DNA from: Escherichia coli O127:H6 str. E2348/69
GTDB lineage: Bacteria; Pseudomonadota; Gammaproteobacteria; Enterobacterales; Enterobacteriaceae
Assembly (NCBI RefSeq): GCF_000026545.1
Contig: NC_011601.1
Reading direction: 5' to 3' (one strand)
DNA: 64,000 nucleotides
Shown piece after piece: positions 35,861 through 46,940 of the stretch. Position numbers and translations under genes: made by a program. Every line of letters begins with the position of its first letter. The stretch's first letter is position 1. Under the pieces are notes generated by a model. The model saw nothing but the letters and a program-made list of their open reading frames with translations, was not told the DNA's origin and ran no database searches.

Positions 35861-36907
35861 ATGAACAGAACTGACGAACTCCGTACTGCGCGTATTGAGA
35901 GCCTGGTAACGCCCGCCGAACTCGCGCTACGGTATCCCGTAACGCCTGGCGTCGCCCCCCATGTCACCGACTCCCGCCGTAGAATTGAAAAAATACTGAA
36001 TGGTGAAGATAAGCGACTGTTGGTCATTATTGGCCCCTGCTCGATCCACGATCTCACCGCTGCGATGGAGTACGCCACCCGTCTGCAGTCGCTACGCAAC
36101 CAGTACCAGCCACGGCTGGAAATCGTAATGCGCACCTATTTTGAAAAACCACGAACGGTTGTCGGCTGGAAAGGACTCATCTCCGATCCAGATTTAAACG
36201 GTAGCTATCGGGTAAATCACGGTCTGGAGCTGGCGCGCAAATTACTTTTACAGGTAAATGAGCTGGGCGTCCCTACCGCGACTGAGTTCCTCGATATGGT
36301 GACCGGTCAGTTTATTGCTGATTTAATCAGTTGGGGCGCGATTGGCGCACGTACTACCGAAAGTCAGATCCACCGCGAAATGGCTTCGGCACTCTCCTGT
36401 CCGGTGGGTTTTAAAAATGGTACCGATGGCAACACGCGGATTGCCGTGGATGCTATCCGCGCAGCCCGCGCCAGCCATATGTTCCTCTCGCCAGACAAAA
36501 ATGGTCAGATGACCATCTATCAGACCAGCGGCAACCCGTATGGCCACATTATTATGCGTGGTGGCAAAAAACCGAATTATCATGCCGATGATATCGCCGC
36601 AGCCTGCGATACGCTGCACGAGTTTGATTTACCTGAACATCTGGTGGTGGATTTCAGCCACGGTAACTGCCAGAAGCAGCACCGTCGCCAGTTAGAAGTT
36701 TGTGAGGATATTTGTCAGCAAATCCGCAATGGTTCTACGGCGATTGCTGGAATTATGGCGGAAAGTTTCCTGCGCGAAGGAACGCAAAAAATCGTCGGCG
36801 GTCAGCCGCTCACTTACGGTCAATCCATTACCGACCCGTGTCTGGGCTGGGAAGATACCGAACGCCTGGTCGAAAAACTCGCCTCTGCGGTAGATACTCG
36901 CTTCTGA
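35861..36907 (+). CDS. aroH: DAHP synthase, Trp-sensitive
   Basis: 348-aa ORF MNRTDELRTARIESLVTPAEL... Confidence 0.95.
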   Translation: MNRTDELRTARIESLVTPAELALRYPVTPGVAPHVTDSRRRIEKILNGEDKRLLVIIGPCSIHDLTAAMEYATRLQSLRNQYQPRLEIVMRTYFEKPRTVVGWKGLISDPDLNGSYRVNHGLELARKLLLQVNELGVPTATEFLDMVTGQFIADLISWGAIGARTTESQIHREMASALSCPVGFKNGTDGNTRIAVDAIRAARASHMFLSPDKNGQMTIYQTSGNPYGHIIMRGGKKPNYHADDIAAACDTLHEFDLPEHLVVDFSHGNCQKQHRRQLEVCEDICQQIRNGSTAIAGIMAESFLREGTQKIVGGQPLTYGQSITDPCLGWEDTERLVEKLASAVDTRF

Positions 36908-37038
36908 ATGCGTGCCCATTCCTGACGGGATGGGCATTTCTGCGCAACTTGTTGTCTTCTCAACAAATTACTACTTGCTCTGGCTCGCCATAATATTGAT
37001 AATAAGAATCATTGTTATATAAATTATTATTAATTTTT

Positions 37039-37230
37039 ATGCGTTATACGGATAGCAGAAAACTCACGCCTGAAACGGATGCCAATCACAAGACCGCTTC
37101 CCCGCAGCCCATCCGGCGAATTACCAGCCAGACACTGTTAGGTCCGGATGGCAAACTGATTATCGATCATGACGGGCAAGAATATCTGCTCCGTAAAACT
37201 CAGGCTGGCAAGCTGCTGTTGACCAAGTAG
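37039..37230 (+). CDS. ydiE: HemP-like small protein YdiE
   Basis: 63-aa product from internal Met of 72-aa ORF. Confidence 0.65.
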   Translation: MRYTDSRKLTPETDANHKTASPQPIRRITSQTLLGPDGKLIIDHDGQEYLLRKTQAGKLLLTK

Positions 37231-37233
37231 CCT

Positions 37234-38709
<1,476 letters not shown>

Positions 38710-38732
38710 CTAAACACCAGCAAACAGGAGGG

Positions 38733-39446
38733 TTATCGCTGAACTAACGTCGTTATCTGATTTATAGGAACCGCAGGCCACAGGCATCCCTGGAGAGCAT
38801 GGAAATCAAAGGGGATAATCTGTGCCAATATTTCTGGCGTATCAATGCCCCCCGCGATGATGCAATTGCAACAAGGGGAAATTTGCGCCTGGATCGCACG
38901 AATAAACGGTTCGAAGGAACGATGCGTGATTTGTTGCTGAATAAAACTTTTATCCAGCATGACGCGGGTGAAAAGACCATCAAAAACCGCTTTCATTGTG
39001 CTATTACCTGCTCCCAAATTACCTAACACAAGGGGATACATTTGCGATAAGGATAAAAGATCGCGATTATCTTTTCCTTCATTGAAATGCGGGTAATTCT
39101 CATTAATCAACAGTTCAATAAACGGATATTTTAATAGTTCGCCTGCGAAATTATCCCTGTCTAATAATAATGTAGCCACGTGTGGCGTTAAATTAAGCCA
39201 GGCAAAGAGTTTATGTTGAATAAAAAAGTGTTGGCATGATTTTAGTAATTCCAACTGCTCTGAAAATAATTGCCAATGTTGCTCCTCGGTAAGTTGCGCT
39301 ATAACCCGACTCGTCGGGATACGAACCGTACCATCTTCACTGGAGAAATGGGTAATTAACTCAACGCCGACAAGGTCTTGCTGGTTATCTCTTATCGGCA
39401 GGAAATAGCAATCAGAATGATAAAGATTCTCCAAAAAAATCTTCAT
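38733..39446 (-). CDS. ydiV: EAL-like anti-FlhDC factor YdiV
   Basis: 237-aa ORF. Confidence 0.85.
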   Translation of the reverse strand: MKIFLENLYHSDCYFLPIRDNQQDLVGVELITHFSSEDGTVRIPTSRVIAQLTEEQHWQLFSEQLELLKSCQHFFIQHKLFAWLNLTPHVATLLLDRDNFAGELLKYPFIELLINENYPHFNEGKDNRDLLSLSQMYPLVLGNLGAGNSTMKAVFDGLFTRVMLDKSFIQQQITHRSFEPFIRAIQAQISPCCNCIIAGGIDTPEILAQIIPFDFHALQGCLWPAVPINQITTLVQR

Positions 39447-39692
39447 GGTAACCGTCCCTCTCGAAGGATGTTTTTCAGTATCCGGCTAAAAGGGATGAGG
39501 CCATAAGACATAACAATTACAGAAGGAGTAACTTTCATTTGTTCCATGTTAACCACTTTTTCAGGGGTCCTTTTTTTAGATTATCCTGATTATAAACGAA
39601 GAATCCATTTACGGAATTTTTGTCTGCAAAATACTACTGTATTCAGGAGTAAATGGACGGCGATGTATCATCGCCGTCCATTTTTCGACATA

Positions 39693-40157
39693 CTAGATTC
39701 GTCTCGCCTGCCAGAAATTTTTCTGCCAATAGACATTATCAAGTGAGGAACGCATCACTCCCTTGCTGGTAGAGGCGTGGATAAATTGGTTGTTGGTATC
39801 GTAAATACCTACATGCAAACCATTTTGTCCGGAACCCGTTTTGAAAAAGACCAGGTCACCTGGCAGCAACTCGTCTTTATCAATTTGCGTGCCAATAGCG
39901 GCTTGTTGTTTGGTTTCACGGGGCAGCTGCAAATCGAAACGATCACGCATCGTCACAACCACAAATCCCGAACAGTCCACACCGCGCCGCGTCATGCCAC
40001 CATAACGATACGGCGTGCCATGCCAGCTTTGTAGCTGGTCGTTCAAACCGGCAATAACGGTGATCGAATCAGAAAGTCTGGCATTTGGCGGCGGTGCTTT
40101 ATGGTGGCTACACCCGGCCAGAAACAGTGCTGTGATCAAAATAAGGCAGAAACGCAT
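39693..40157 (-). CDS. nlpC: NlpC/P60 lipoprotein endopeptidase
   Basis: 154-aa ORF with lipobox LAGCS and Cys-His NlpC/P60 core. Confidence 0.85.
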   Translation of the reverse strand: MRFCLILITALFLAGCSHHKAPPPNARLSDSITVIAGLNDQLQSWHGTPYRYGGMTRRGVDCSGFVVVTMRDRFDLQLPRETKQQAAIGTQIDKDELLPGDLVFFKTGSGQNGLHVGIYDTNNQFIHASTSKGVMRSSLDNVYWQKNFWQARRI

Positions 40158-40234
40158 TCCGTACGGTTCCTCTGTTTTTTATTCTTGCATTAATTTAGCG
40201 TCGTAATTACCCGATTTTCAAGATACTAATGAAA

Positions 40235-40984
40235 TCAGATGGTCGAAATCAGCATTCTGTGACCTTCGATATCCAGACGGCGAAAATTCATCCCATAGGC
40301 CTGCGCCAGATTTGCCGGCGTGAGCACCTCTTCTCTGCGTCCACTGGCCAGCATTTTTCCACCTTTTAGCAACCACGCCCGATGCGCATGACGCAATGTG
40401 TGGTTGAGATCGTGACTGCTCATCACAATCGCCAGTCCTTGCTGACACAGCGCGCTCAGAATTTTGTCTAAGGCGCTTTGTTGCGCAACATCAAGACTGT
40501 TCATCGGCTCATCAAGAAGCAGCAATTGGCCTGCGGGATTGGCTTGTGGTGTGATTTGCAGCACCACCGCAGCAAGACGTACGCGTTGCCATTCACCGCC
40601 GGAAAGTTGATTGGTGCTACGTCCGAGTTTGTCATCAAGAGCCAGCGCCCCTGCGACATCATTCAGTAGTTCGGTACGCGTTTTATCGTGCTGATGCAGT
40701 GTCAGGTAGTGCCAGACCGGCATTGCAAACGGCGGCGTCTGCTGTTGTGAAAGATAGGCGCGATGCAGCGCGAGCTTTGTTGCAGACCATGCTTCCAGTG
40801 GTTGCCCCGCGAACTGAATGCTTCCCTTACCGCTGGTCATTCCGGCCATTCGCGCCAGTAAGGTACTCTTACCCGCGCCATTCGGCCCCACCAGGTGCAG
40901 GATCTCCCCAGCCCGAACCTCGCCAGAAAGCGGCCCCAGGCGGGTAGATTCCGCAACATCCTGTAACTGCATCACAATAGACAT
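40235..40984 (-). CDS. btuD: Vitamin B12 ABC transporter ATPase
   Basis: 249-aa ABC ATPase (GPNGAGKST). Confidence 0.9.
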
Positions 40985-41535
40985 TATTTTGCCAACGCCA
41001 GTTTAATGCTTTCCATCACAATGGGATCTTCCGGCGTCATATCCGGGGAAAAACGCTGGATGACCTTTCCGTCCCTGCCAACTAAAAATTTCTCAAAATT
41101 CCATAAAATATCATCAGGGTACAGCGGTGCACGACCTTTGCTGACCATTCGGGCATAGAATCCGCTCTCTTCCGGCGCGACTGCAGTCGGCGCTGCGGCA
41201 ATCAATTTTTGATACAGCGGATGACGTCCTTCGCCATTAACTTCAATCTTACTGAACATCGGGAACGTCACCCCCCATGTGGTGGTGCAATAAGTTTTAA
41301 TCTCTTCATCGCTACCCGGTTCTTGCTCCAGAAACTGGTTACACGGGAATCCCAGCACCACAAAACCACGATCAGCCCAAGCTTTCTGAATATTCTCCAA
41401 CTGCTCATATTGCGGCGTTAAGCCACACTTTGAGGCGACATTGACAATCAACAGCACATTACCGGCGTACTTCTCTAGCGTGGTCACTTCACCGTCGATA
41501 TCTTTCACTACGGTCGTCAGAATGGAATCTTGCAT
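40984..41535 (-). CDS. btuE: Glutathione peroxidase-family protein BtuE
   Basis: 183-aa ORF. Confidence 0.9.
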
Positions 41536-41596
41536 CGTTTCTCCTGGGTGTGGTCAGTAAAAATCTTAGCTTTTAATCATAGACCGTCTTTTGCGG

Positions 41597-42577
41597 CTAA
41601 CGTCCTGCTTTTAACAATAACCAGATAAACACCGGCGCACCCAACGTTGCGGTGACCACGCCAATTGGCAGCTCTGCGGCAGCTAATGCCAGGCGCGCTA
41701 CAATATCGGCCAGCAGCAATGCGCTCGCCCCTGCCAGCGCGCAGCCGGGAAGTAATACGCGATGATCGGTTAAACCACACAGCCGGAGAATATGTGGGAT
41801 CACCAGACCAATAAAGCCGATAGCACCCGCCAGCGCCACACTGACGCCAACCATCCAGCCGGTCGCTGCCACCAGCACATTGCGCCAGAACCACAGGGGT
41901 AAACCCAGTTGCCGCGCCGAGATCTCGCCAAGTGCTAATATATTCATCGGCCTGGACTGACAACAGATCCACAACAACACGGGGATCAATGCCAGCATCA
42001 GCCAGCTTTGCCGCCAGTCTACGCCGCCAAAACCGCCCATCATCCAGTACATCAGCTGACGTAAATCAACAGAGGTGGAAAAGTAGATAGCCCACGTCAT
42101 TAGTGCGCTACAGATAATCCCTAATGCAACGCCAGCCAGCAATAACCGACTGGTCGAAAGATGACGACGGGCGAAACGTAAGAGTATTAAAGTGATGATA
42201 AGTGCGCCTGCAATCGCACACAGCCCTAGCGCCCAGTTGGGGAGTTGCCCTTGCCCAAGCAATACCGCGGCGATAAGCCCCACGCCTGCGCCGTTAGAGA
42301 CGCCAAGTAGTCCAGGTTCTGCCAGAGGATTTTCAAACAACGCCTGCATTACAGCGCCGGATATAGCCAGCGCCGCACCAACCAGCAATACAGCCAGCGT
42401 ACGTGGCAGGCGAATTTGCCAGACGAACAGTTCGCCACGAGGAGAAAACCAGTCACCTGGCAAAATCCATAGTTCACCGGCGCAAAGGCTTAAGAGAAGC
42501 GCCAGTAGCATCAAAACTGACAAGCATAATAACCAGCGAATATTTTGTCGCTGTTGTTGGCGGGCAAGTGTCAGCAT
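41597..42577 (-). CDS. btuC: Vitamin B12 ABC transporter permease
   Basis: 326-aa polytopic membrane ORF. Confidence 0.9.
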   Translation of the reverse strand: MLTLARQQQRQNIRWLLCLSVLMLLALLLSLCAGELWILPGDWFSPRGELFVWQIRLPRTLAVLLVGAALAISGAVMQALFENPLAEPGLLGVSNGAGVGLIAAVLLGQGQLPNWALGLCAIAGALIITLILLRFARRHLSTSRLLLAGVALGIICSALMTWAIYFSTSVDLRQLMYWMMGGFGGVDWRQSWLMLALIPVLLWICCQSRPMNILALGEISARQLGLPLWFWRNVLVAATGWMVGVSVALAGAIGFIGLVIPHILRLCGLTDHRVLLPGCALAGASALLLADIVARLALAAAELPIGVVTATLGAPVFIWLLLKAGR

Positions 42578-42766
42578 GGTATCCGTTCTGCTGAAGTGTC
42601 ATGGCGTTGATTTTACGGTGACTCTTCGACAGTGAAAAGAAAAAAGGCCGCAGAGCGGCCATAAACACAAACAAAAATCAATAAGTTAGATAATTATCAA
42701 AGACTTACAGACACACAAAAACACAGCCAACCACAACAAATAACAGGGATGTGGTCACTTTGTGGA

Positions 42767-43183
42767 TCATTCGCTCCCCTCTTTTTCCTTATTTCGTTGA
42801 ACGCCAATTGCGACACACGTACTAAGCAAATCTTTACATTTCTCTACATCTTCAGACTTACGCAATTTGATGCTTTTTACAGACTGCGGGCTACTGTCCG
42901 TAGCACGATACATCGTTATTTCAATATCATTTCGGTCTAAGAGTCCCATAATGGCTTTTGCAACCTCCACACCCTTCTTCGCGAAATCAAAGAACAGAGC
43001 AAGTTTATATGGATTTTCGACGGAAAAAACTTCAATTTTGCTAAAACCAACATCGTGTAGAGAAAAATATTGCTCAACCTCATCTCGAAGTTCTGGATCG
43101 CATACAATGTCTATTCTCCAGTACTGACCTAAATGCAAATCGCTATTAACTGTTTTTTCCACAACATCCTCCTTACCCAGCAA
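42767..43183 (-). CDS. Hypothetical protein (138 aa), AT-rich, immediately downstream of and overlapping the int stop
   Basis: Complete ORF with acidic/lysine-rich composition; no family recognised. Confidence 0.45.
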   Translation of the reverse strand: MLGKEDVVEKTVNSDLHLGQYWRIDIVCDPELRDEVEQYFSLHDVGFSKIEVFSVENPYKLALFFDFAKKGVEVAKAIMGLLDRNDIEITMYRATDSSPQSVKSIKLRKSEDVEKCKDLLSTCVAIGVQRNKEKEGSE

Positions 43184-44147
43184 TAGGATTAAATCTCACC
43201 GCATCCTGCAAGTAATCCGGCGCAAGATGGGCATAAATCATCGTTGTCTGAATCTTTGCGTGCCCCAGAATTTTCTGGAGCGTCAGAATATTGCCGCCGT
43301 TCATCATGAAATGACTGGCGAAGGTGTGGCGCAGCGCATGAACAGCCTGGCCGTCAGGAACATCAGGTGCGACCGTTTTGATGACATCGCGAACCAATGG
43401 ATAATCCAGCGTCGGAAACACCAGTTTCCCGCCCCGTTTTTTGATCTTTTCAAACAGGCTTTCAGAAATAGGAACGGTACGGTTTTTGCTGTTCTTCGTT
43501 TTTGAAAAAGTGATTCGACAATGAAGAACACGGCGCTGCTCCAGTGCCGCTACCTCGCCCCATCGCGCCCCGGTCGACAGAAGGATTTCGACAGCCAGCC
43601 GTTCATCGGGATTTTCAGCCAGTGCATCCAGCAACTGAACACATTCAGACTTACTCAGATATCCCATTTCGCGCTCGTTAACCTTCATTCCTTTAAGGCC
43701 TTGAACGGGGTTATCGTTAAGAAAATGGCCGGATGAGATGAGTGCGGTAAACATCGCGCTTAACGCCCCAATCTCTCGATTAATGGTGCTGGGCTGTATC
43801 CCCTGCTCTATCCTGGACACACGTAGCTCGGTGAGCATCGTTGTATTAAGTTTATGCACACACGGGTCATCCATTGCCTCACTCAAGCGCAGCAATTTAA
43901 GGCGCGTGTTATGCCCTGACTTCATTAGCTGGCCGTGGTATTTCCACCACAAGTCAATAAGCACCGACAGCGGACGGCGATCAATGGAGTTTCCTTTCCA
44001 CTCATTGTTATGCTGTTGCGCCAGCACCCACCGCTCATATAAAACTGCATCCGATTTCGTTTTAAATTTTTTGCGAATGCGTTTGCCTTTACGCCCCTCA
44101 GGGCGCATGTCAAGAAGATACCCTCCCGGAATTGATTTTATGCTCAT
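43173..44147 (-). CDS. int: Tyrosine integrase (P2 Int-like)
   Basis: Strong similarity to P2 integrase (…EGRKGKRIRKKF…, …LSTGARWGE…, …HALRHTFASHFMMNGGNILTLQKILGH…MIYAH…); start taken at internal Met (MSIKSIPGGY) of the 374-aa ORF. Confidence 0.9.
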   Translation of the reverse strand: MSIKSIPGGYLLDMRPEGRKGKRIRKKFKTKSDAVLYERWVLAQQHNNEWKGNSIDRRPLSVLIDLWWKYHGQLMKSGHNTRLKLLRLSEAMDDPCVHKLNTTMLTELRVSRIEQGIQPSTINREIGALSAMFTALISSGHFLNDNPVQGLKGMKVNEREMGYLSKSECVQLLDALAENPDERLAVEILLSTGARWGEVAALEQRRVLHCRITFSKTKNSKNRTVPISESLFEKIKKRGGKLVFPTLDYPLVRDVIKTVAPDVPDGQAVHALRHTFASHFMMNGGNILTLQKILGHAKIQTTMIYAHLAPDYLQDAVRFNPIAG

Positions 44148-44196
44148 TCGTGAAACCCCAGCGTTACAAGACCACCATGCCCCCAGCGTTCCATGA

Positions 44197-44505
44197 TTAA
44201 CCGGGCTGTGTACCAGTCTTGCGGGATTTTTGAGAAGACGATGTGTTTTCTGGCCCATCAGGGGAGAGAGAGGGACTGATCTGCCCAGCAGCCTCATTTG
44301 TTTTTCCCGTCATAAGCCAATTCATGTACTTAAAAAAGCGAGGGTGATTAACAATCTTGATAAGCACTTCGCCCCCTATGTTTTCAATCCGCCCCGTTTC
44401 ATAACGACGCAAAGTGCCGATAGGCACATCAATCAGGCCGCAAAATTCTTCGCGCGTTAAATCCTCTGATTCACGAATCACTCTAATTTTTTCACCGATA
44501 AGCAT
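44197..44505 (-). CDS. C: Immunity repressor (P2 C-like, HTH)
   Basis: 102-aa ORF divergent from cox, HTH at N-terminus, resembles P2-family C repressors. Confidence 0.75.
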   Translation of the reverse strand: MLIGEKIRVIRESEDLTREEFCGLIDVPIGTLRRYETGRIENIGGEVLIKIVNHPRFFKYMNWLMTGKTNEAAGQISPSLSPDGPENTSSSQKSRKTGTQPG

Positions 44506-44515
44506 TGACAGTGTT

Positions 44516-44563
44516 CCTATAAGTACACTAAGCTTGCGCGCAAGGTGTACTTATAAGTACACC
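44516..44563. promoter_or_regulatory. Candidate operator in the C/cox divergent promoter region
   Basis: tataagtacac half-site followed 16 nt later by the 18-bp perfect palindrome gtgtacttataagtacac. Confidence 0.5.
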
Positions 44564-44601
44564 AAGTCACAAACAACCACAGATAGCGCAGGTTATCACA
44601 C

Positions 44602-44880
44602 ATGGCAAAAGTCCTGAACACACACGAACAGGCAGACTTTGAGCGTTTAGCAGCGTTCTATCCCTACCGCGATGAGCATGGGTTACCAGTACTTGAAGAA
44701 AGCCTGAAAGATTACGCAAAGCGTACCAACCAAGCTGTTAACACAGTGAAAAGACAGGCTGACAGAGGTTCAATTCCCATCAACCAGGATGAAAAGAACT
44801 CAAGACGCACAGTAAATCTCTTCGCTCTTTTCCTGAAAACAATCAGGAGCGCAGAAAAATACGTGCAGATGACAAAATAA
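44602..44880 (+). CDS. cox: Cox/Apl-like excision-directionality and early-promoter regulator (positional call)
   Basis: 92-aa first gene of rightward early operon; weak sequence support. Confidence 0.45.
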   Translation: MAKVLNTHEQADFERLAAFYPYRDEHGLPVLEESLKDYAKRTNQAVNTVKRQADRGSIPINQDEKNSRRTVNLFALFLKTIRSAEKYVQMTK

Positions 44881-44894
44881 CGAGGTGTCATTTT

Positions 44895-45233
44895 ATGCTG
44901 AAGCAACGCCGTAATTTTCGTACCGGAACAGAACGCCACGCTAACCGTTTCACTACTAGTGCATCACGCAGCAACATCCGCTACAGCCTGAGTGATACAC
45001 ACGCAACGCCGGATGGCTACCCAGTAAAACAAATCGGCGAGCACGCCTGGCTGATTGAGAAAGCTGGAATCGTGATCCACAAATGCCCACGCAATCCGTT
45101 TACCGGAAACCGCATTTTTGCATTGAGCTGTGGTGACAATCAGTTCGGGCAGGATTTCACATTATACGAAGCACTTCGCACGGTTGATCGTCTGCTTCGC
45201 GGGCAAAGTTTTATTAAACAGGCTGATTTATAA
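44895..45233 (+). CDS. Hypothetical early protein (112 aa)
   Basis: ORF with upstream GAGG RBS. Confidence 0.4.
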   Translation: MLKQRRNFRTGTERHANRFTTSASRSNIRYSLSDTHATPDGYPVKQIGEHAWLIEKAGIVIHKCPRNPFTGNRIFALSCGDNQFGQDFTLYEALRTVDRLLRGQSFIKQADL

Positions 45234-45243
45234 CAGGTGCTTT

Positions 45244-45531
45244 ATGACCAAAGACCATGCACAAGGTGTATTTATCCGTTTTATTGATTTTCGCGGTGAA
45301 CTGTTATTACGTGCATCCGCTATTGACGGAGTGACTCCGGCGGGTAAAAACGGAGCCGACGAAGCCACTTACGTTTATCTGAACGGCACGCGACTGCTTG
45401 CGGAACTTCCGTACCAGACCGTACGAGAAATCATTAGCGAAGCTGAAAAGGCACGCCAGGTTAATGGCGATGAACCCTATATCGAAATTATTTGTATGGA
45501 TTCAGAAGCTGAAATACAGAAAGCAGATTAA
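45244..45531 (+). CDS. Hypothetical early protein (95 aa)
   Basis: Internal-Met start of ORF 45130..45531. Confidence 0.4.
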   Translation: MTKDHAQGVFIRFIDFRGELLLRASAIDGVTPAGKNGADEATYVYLNGTRLLAELPYQTVREIISEAEKARQVNGDEPYIEIICMDSEAEIQKAD

Positions 45532-45539
45532 AGGGCGTT

Positions 45540-45785
45540 GTGATGGGCAAAGAATATAAAACTCTCATTAACAAAGCACTTGAGCGTTTTTATTTTCGCT
45601 TAAGTGCATCTGGCGCTCATGCTGAACGTGCGGCCCGTGACTCATTGACCAGAGCAATCCGAAGTCTGTATGACGTGGCTTTTTACGCTGATGATCTGGA
45701 TGCACTTAACGAACTTTCCGAGCTGATCTGTGCCGCAGAATGCGGGGAACATATTGAACCGTATAAGCTGGGAAATATCGCATGA
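45540..45785 (+). CDS. Hypothetical early protein (81 aa)
   Basis: Complete ORF, overlaps next gene by ATGA. Confidence 0.4.
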   Translation: MMGKEYKTLINKALERFYFRLSASGAHAERAARDSLTRAIRSLYDVAFYADDLDALNELSELICAAECGEHIEPYKLGNIA

Positions 45786-45895
45786 GTATATTTATCTCAT
45801 GGCTTGTTCTGATTATTTCGGTGGTCTGCGCCATTGGGATTATGCGAATTATTAATTCAGTAAAAAAGATTGAACGCTTTTTCACTGAAGAATAA
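45782..45895 (+). CDS. Small hydrophobic peptide (37 aa, single predicted TM helix)
   Basis: MSIFISWLVLIISVVCAIGIMRIINSVKKIERFFTEE; below ORF-track size cutoff. Confidence 0.35.
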   Translation: MSIFISWLVLIISVVCAIGIMRIINSVKKIERFFTEE

Positions 45896-45981
45896 CCGCG
45901 CAAATAAGCCCCCAGGTTAAATAAGAAAATGTGAAAACAATCCGCATTCGCGGAGGTATTCGCACACGCCAAGGAGGCGTA

Positions 45982-46185
45982 ATGGCAATTAAGCATTTTC
46001 CTGTCGTTCGTTTCACCTCCAGAGGACGTGAATACGAAGTTGACGAACGCCTGATTACCACAATCGACAAACACCGTTCAGAAAAGGATGCACATCACAT
46101 CTATCTCACTGACGGCACTTACTTCTGCGCCACCAACGTGGTGCAGGTGAATCTTATCAGACAGGTACAGGAGTCACGCAGATGA
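45982..46185 (+). CDS. Hypothetical early protein (67 aa)
   Basis: AGGAGG RBS 7 nt upstream of ATG. Confidence 0.45.
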   Translation: MAIKHFPVVRFTSRGREYEVDERLITTIDKHRSEKDAHHIYLTDGTYFCATNVVQVNLIRQVQESRR

Positions 46186-46427
46186 CCATTCTGGACTACA
46201 TCGCTGCCAATCCGGGTTGTAGCGGTGGAGAAATCGCCGCAGCACTGAATACACCAACCACAACCATTAATGCGGAGCTACGCCGTCTCTGGCGCAGCGG
46301 TTCAGTCATAAGAAAAGAGCGCAAAACAGGCGGTCGCTTTTCTTATCAGGTAAACCCGATGCCGTTTGGGTGTAGCAACCCACTAACCCAGATGTTCAAC
46401 CAGCTACTGAGGGAAATCAGAGCATGA
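46182..46427 (+). CDS. Small winged-helix-like DNA-binding protein (81 aa)
   Basis: Pattern GEIAAALNTPTTTINAELRRLWRSGSV resembles MarR/wHTH recognition helix; inference only. Confidence 0.4.
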   Translation: MTILDYIAANPGCSGGEIAAALNTPTTTINAELRRLWRSGSVIRKERKTGGRFSYQVNPMPFGCSNPLTQMFNQLLREIRA

Positions 46428-46568
46428 GCACCTCCAACTGCCGGAAACCACGTCGGGCTTCAGCAGCTCATCCGGCAGCAAAACAAACTCCATTAATTCC
46501 TGTTCCGGGCCTTTCCTGCACCTTGTGGCGGGAGGCCTTCGCACATCTGTAACAAGAGGATTGCCGCA

Positions 46569-46934
46569 ATGATTCTCGCCAACGACTTTCTTGAATACCT
46601 GCTCAACACAGAGCGTGATCTTGCCGTTCGCGTGCGTGAACGTTATGACATGTACCTGAAATCCCTGCCTGTACCGCAGCTCGCTGACGGAAAGATTGTT
46701 ATTGATGGTCGCTACATGATTGACAGCCACGAGGGAAATTACAGGCTTTACCGCATTGAAGGTGGCACCCCGTCCGTTATTGGCATTTACCAGCGCCCAT
46801 CCTCTGCAATCGTCGATGTGATTGCCGACAGCATCCGCATCACACATCGCCATGCCGACACAGAAGACACCGTGCTGGAAATTCAGCGGCTGGCTACAGT
46901 CTGCCGCGACACCCTGAATGGCATGACGAAGTAA
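46569..46934 (+). CDS. Hypothetical early protein (121 aa)
   Basis: Complete ORF directly upstream of gene A. Confidence 0.4.
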   Translation: MILANDFLEYLLNTERDLAVRVRERYDMYLKSLPVPQLADGKIVIDGRYMIDSHEGNYRLYRIEGGTPSVIGIYQRPSSAIVDVIADSIRITHRHADTEDTVLEIQRLATVCRDTLNGMTK

Positions 46935-46940
46935 ATCACT

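Noticed and set aside
42640-42665. Hairpin ggccgc-agag-cggcc with flanking A/T runs as a phage att core
   Set aside because: It looks like an ordinary intrinsic terminator, probably the host ihfA-side terminator, rather than an att core; att cannot be defined without the right prophage end
43173-44297. Possible frameshift in the integrase near 44150-44160 when reading the printed nucleotides by eye
   Set aside because: The ORF track shows one continuous 374-aa frame with an intact Int-like sequence; the apparent shift is most likely my transcription error, so int is not called a pseudogene
44602-44880. Confident assignment of the first rightward early gene as Cox
   Set aside because: Only position and size support it; sequence resemblance to P2 Cox is not convincing from memory, so confidence kept low
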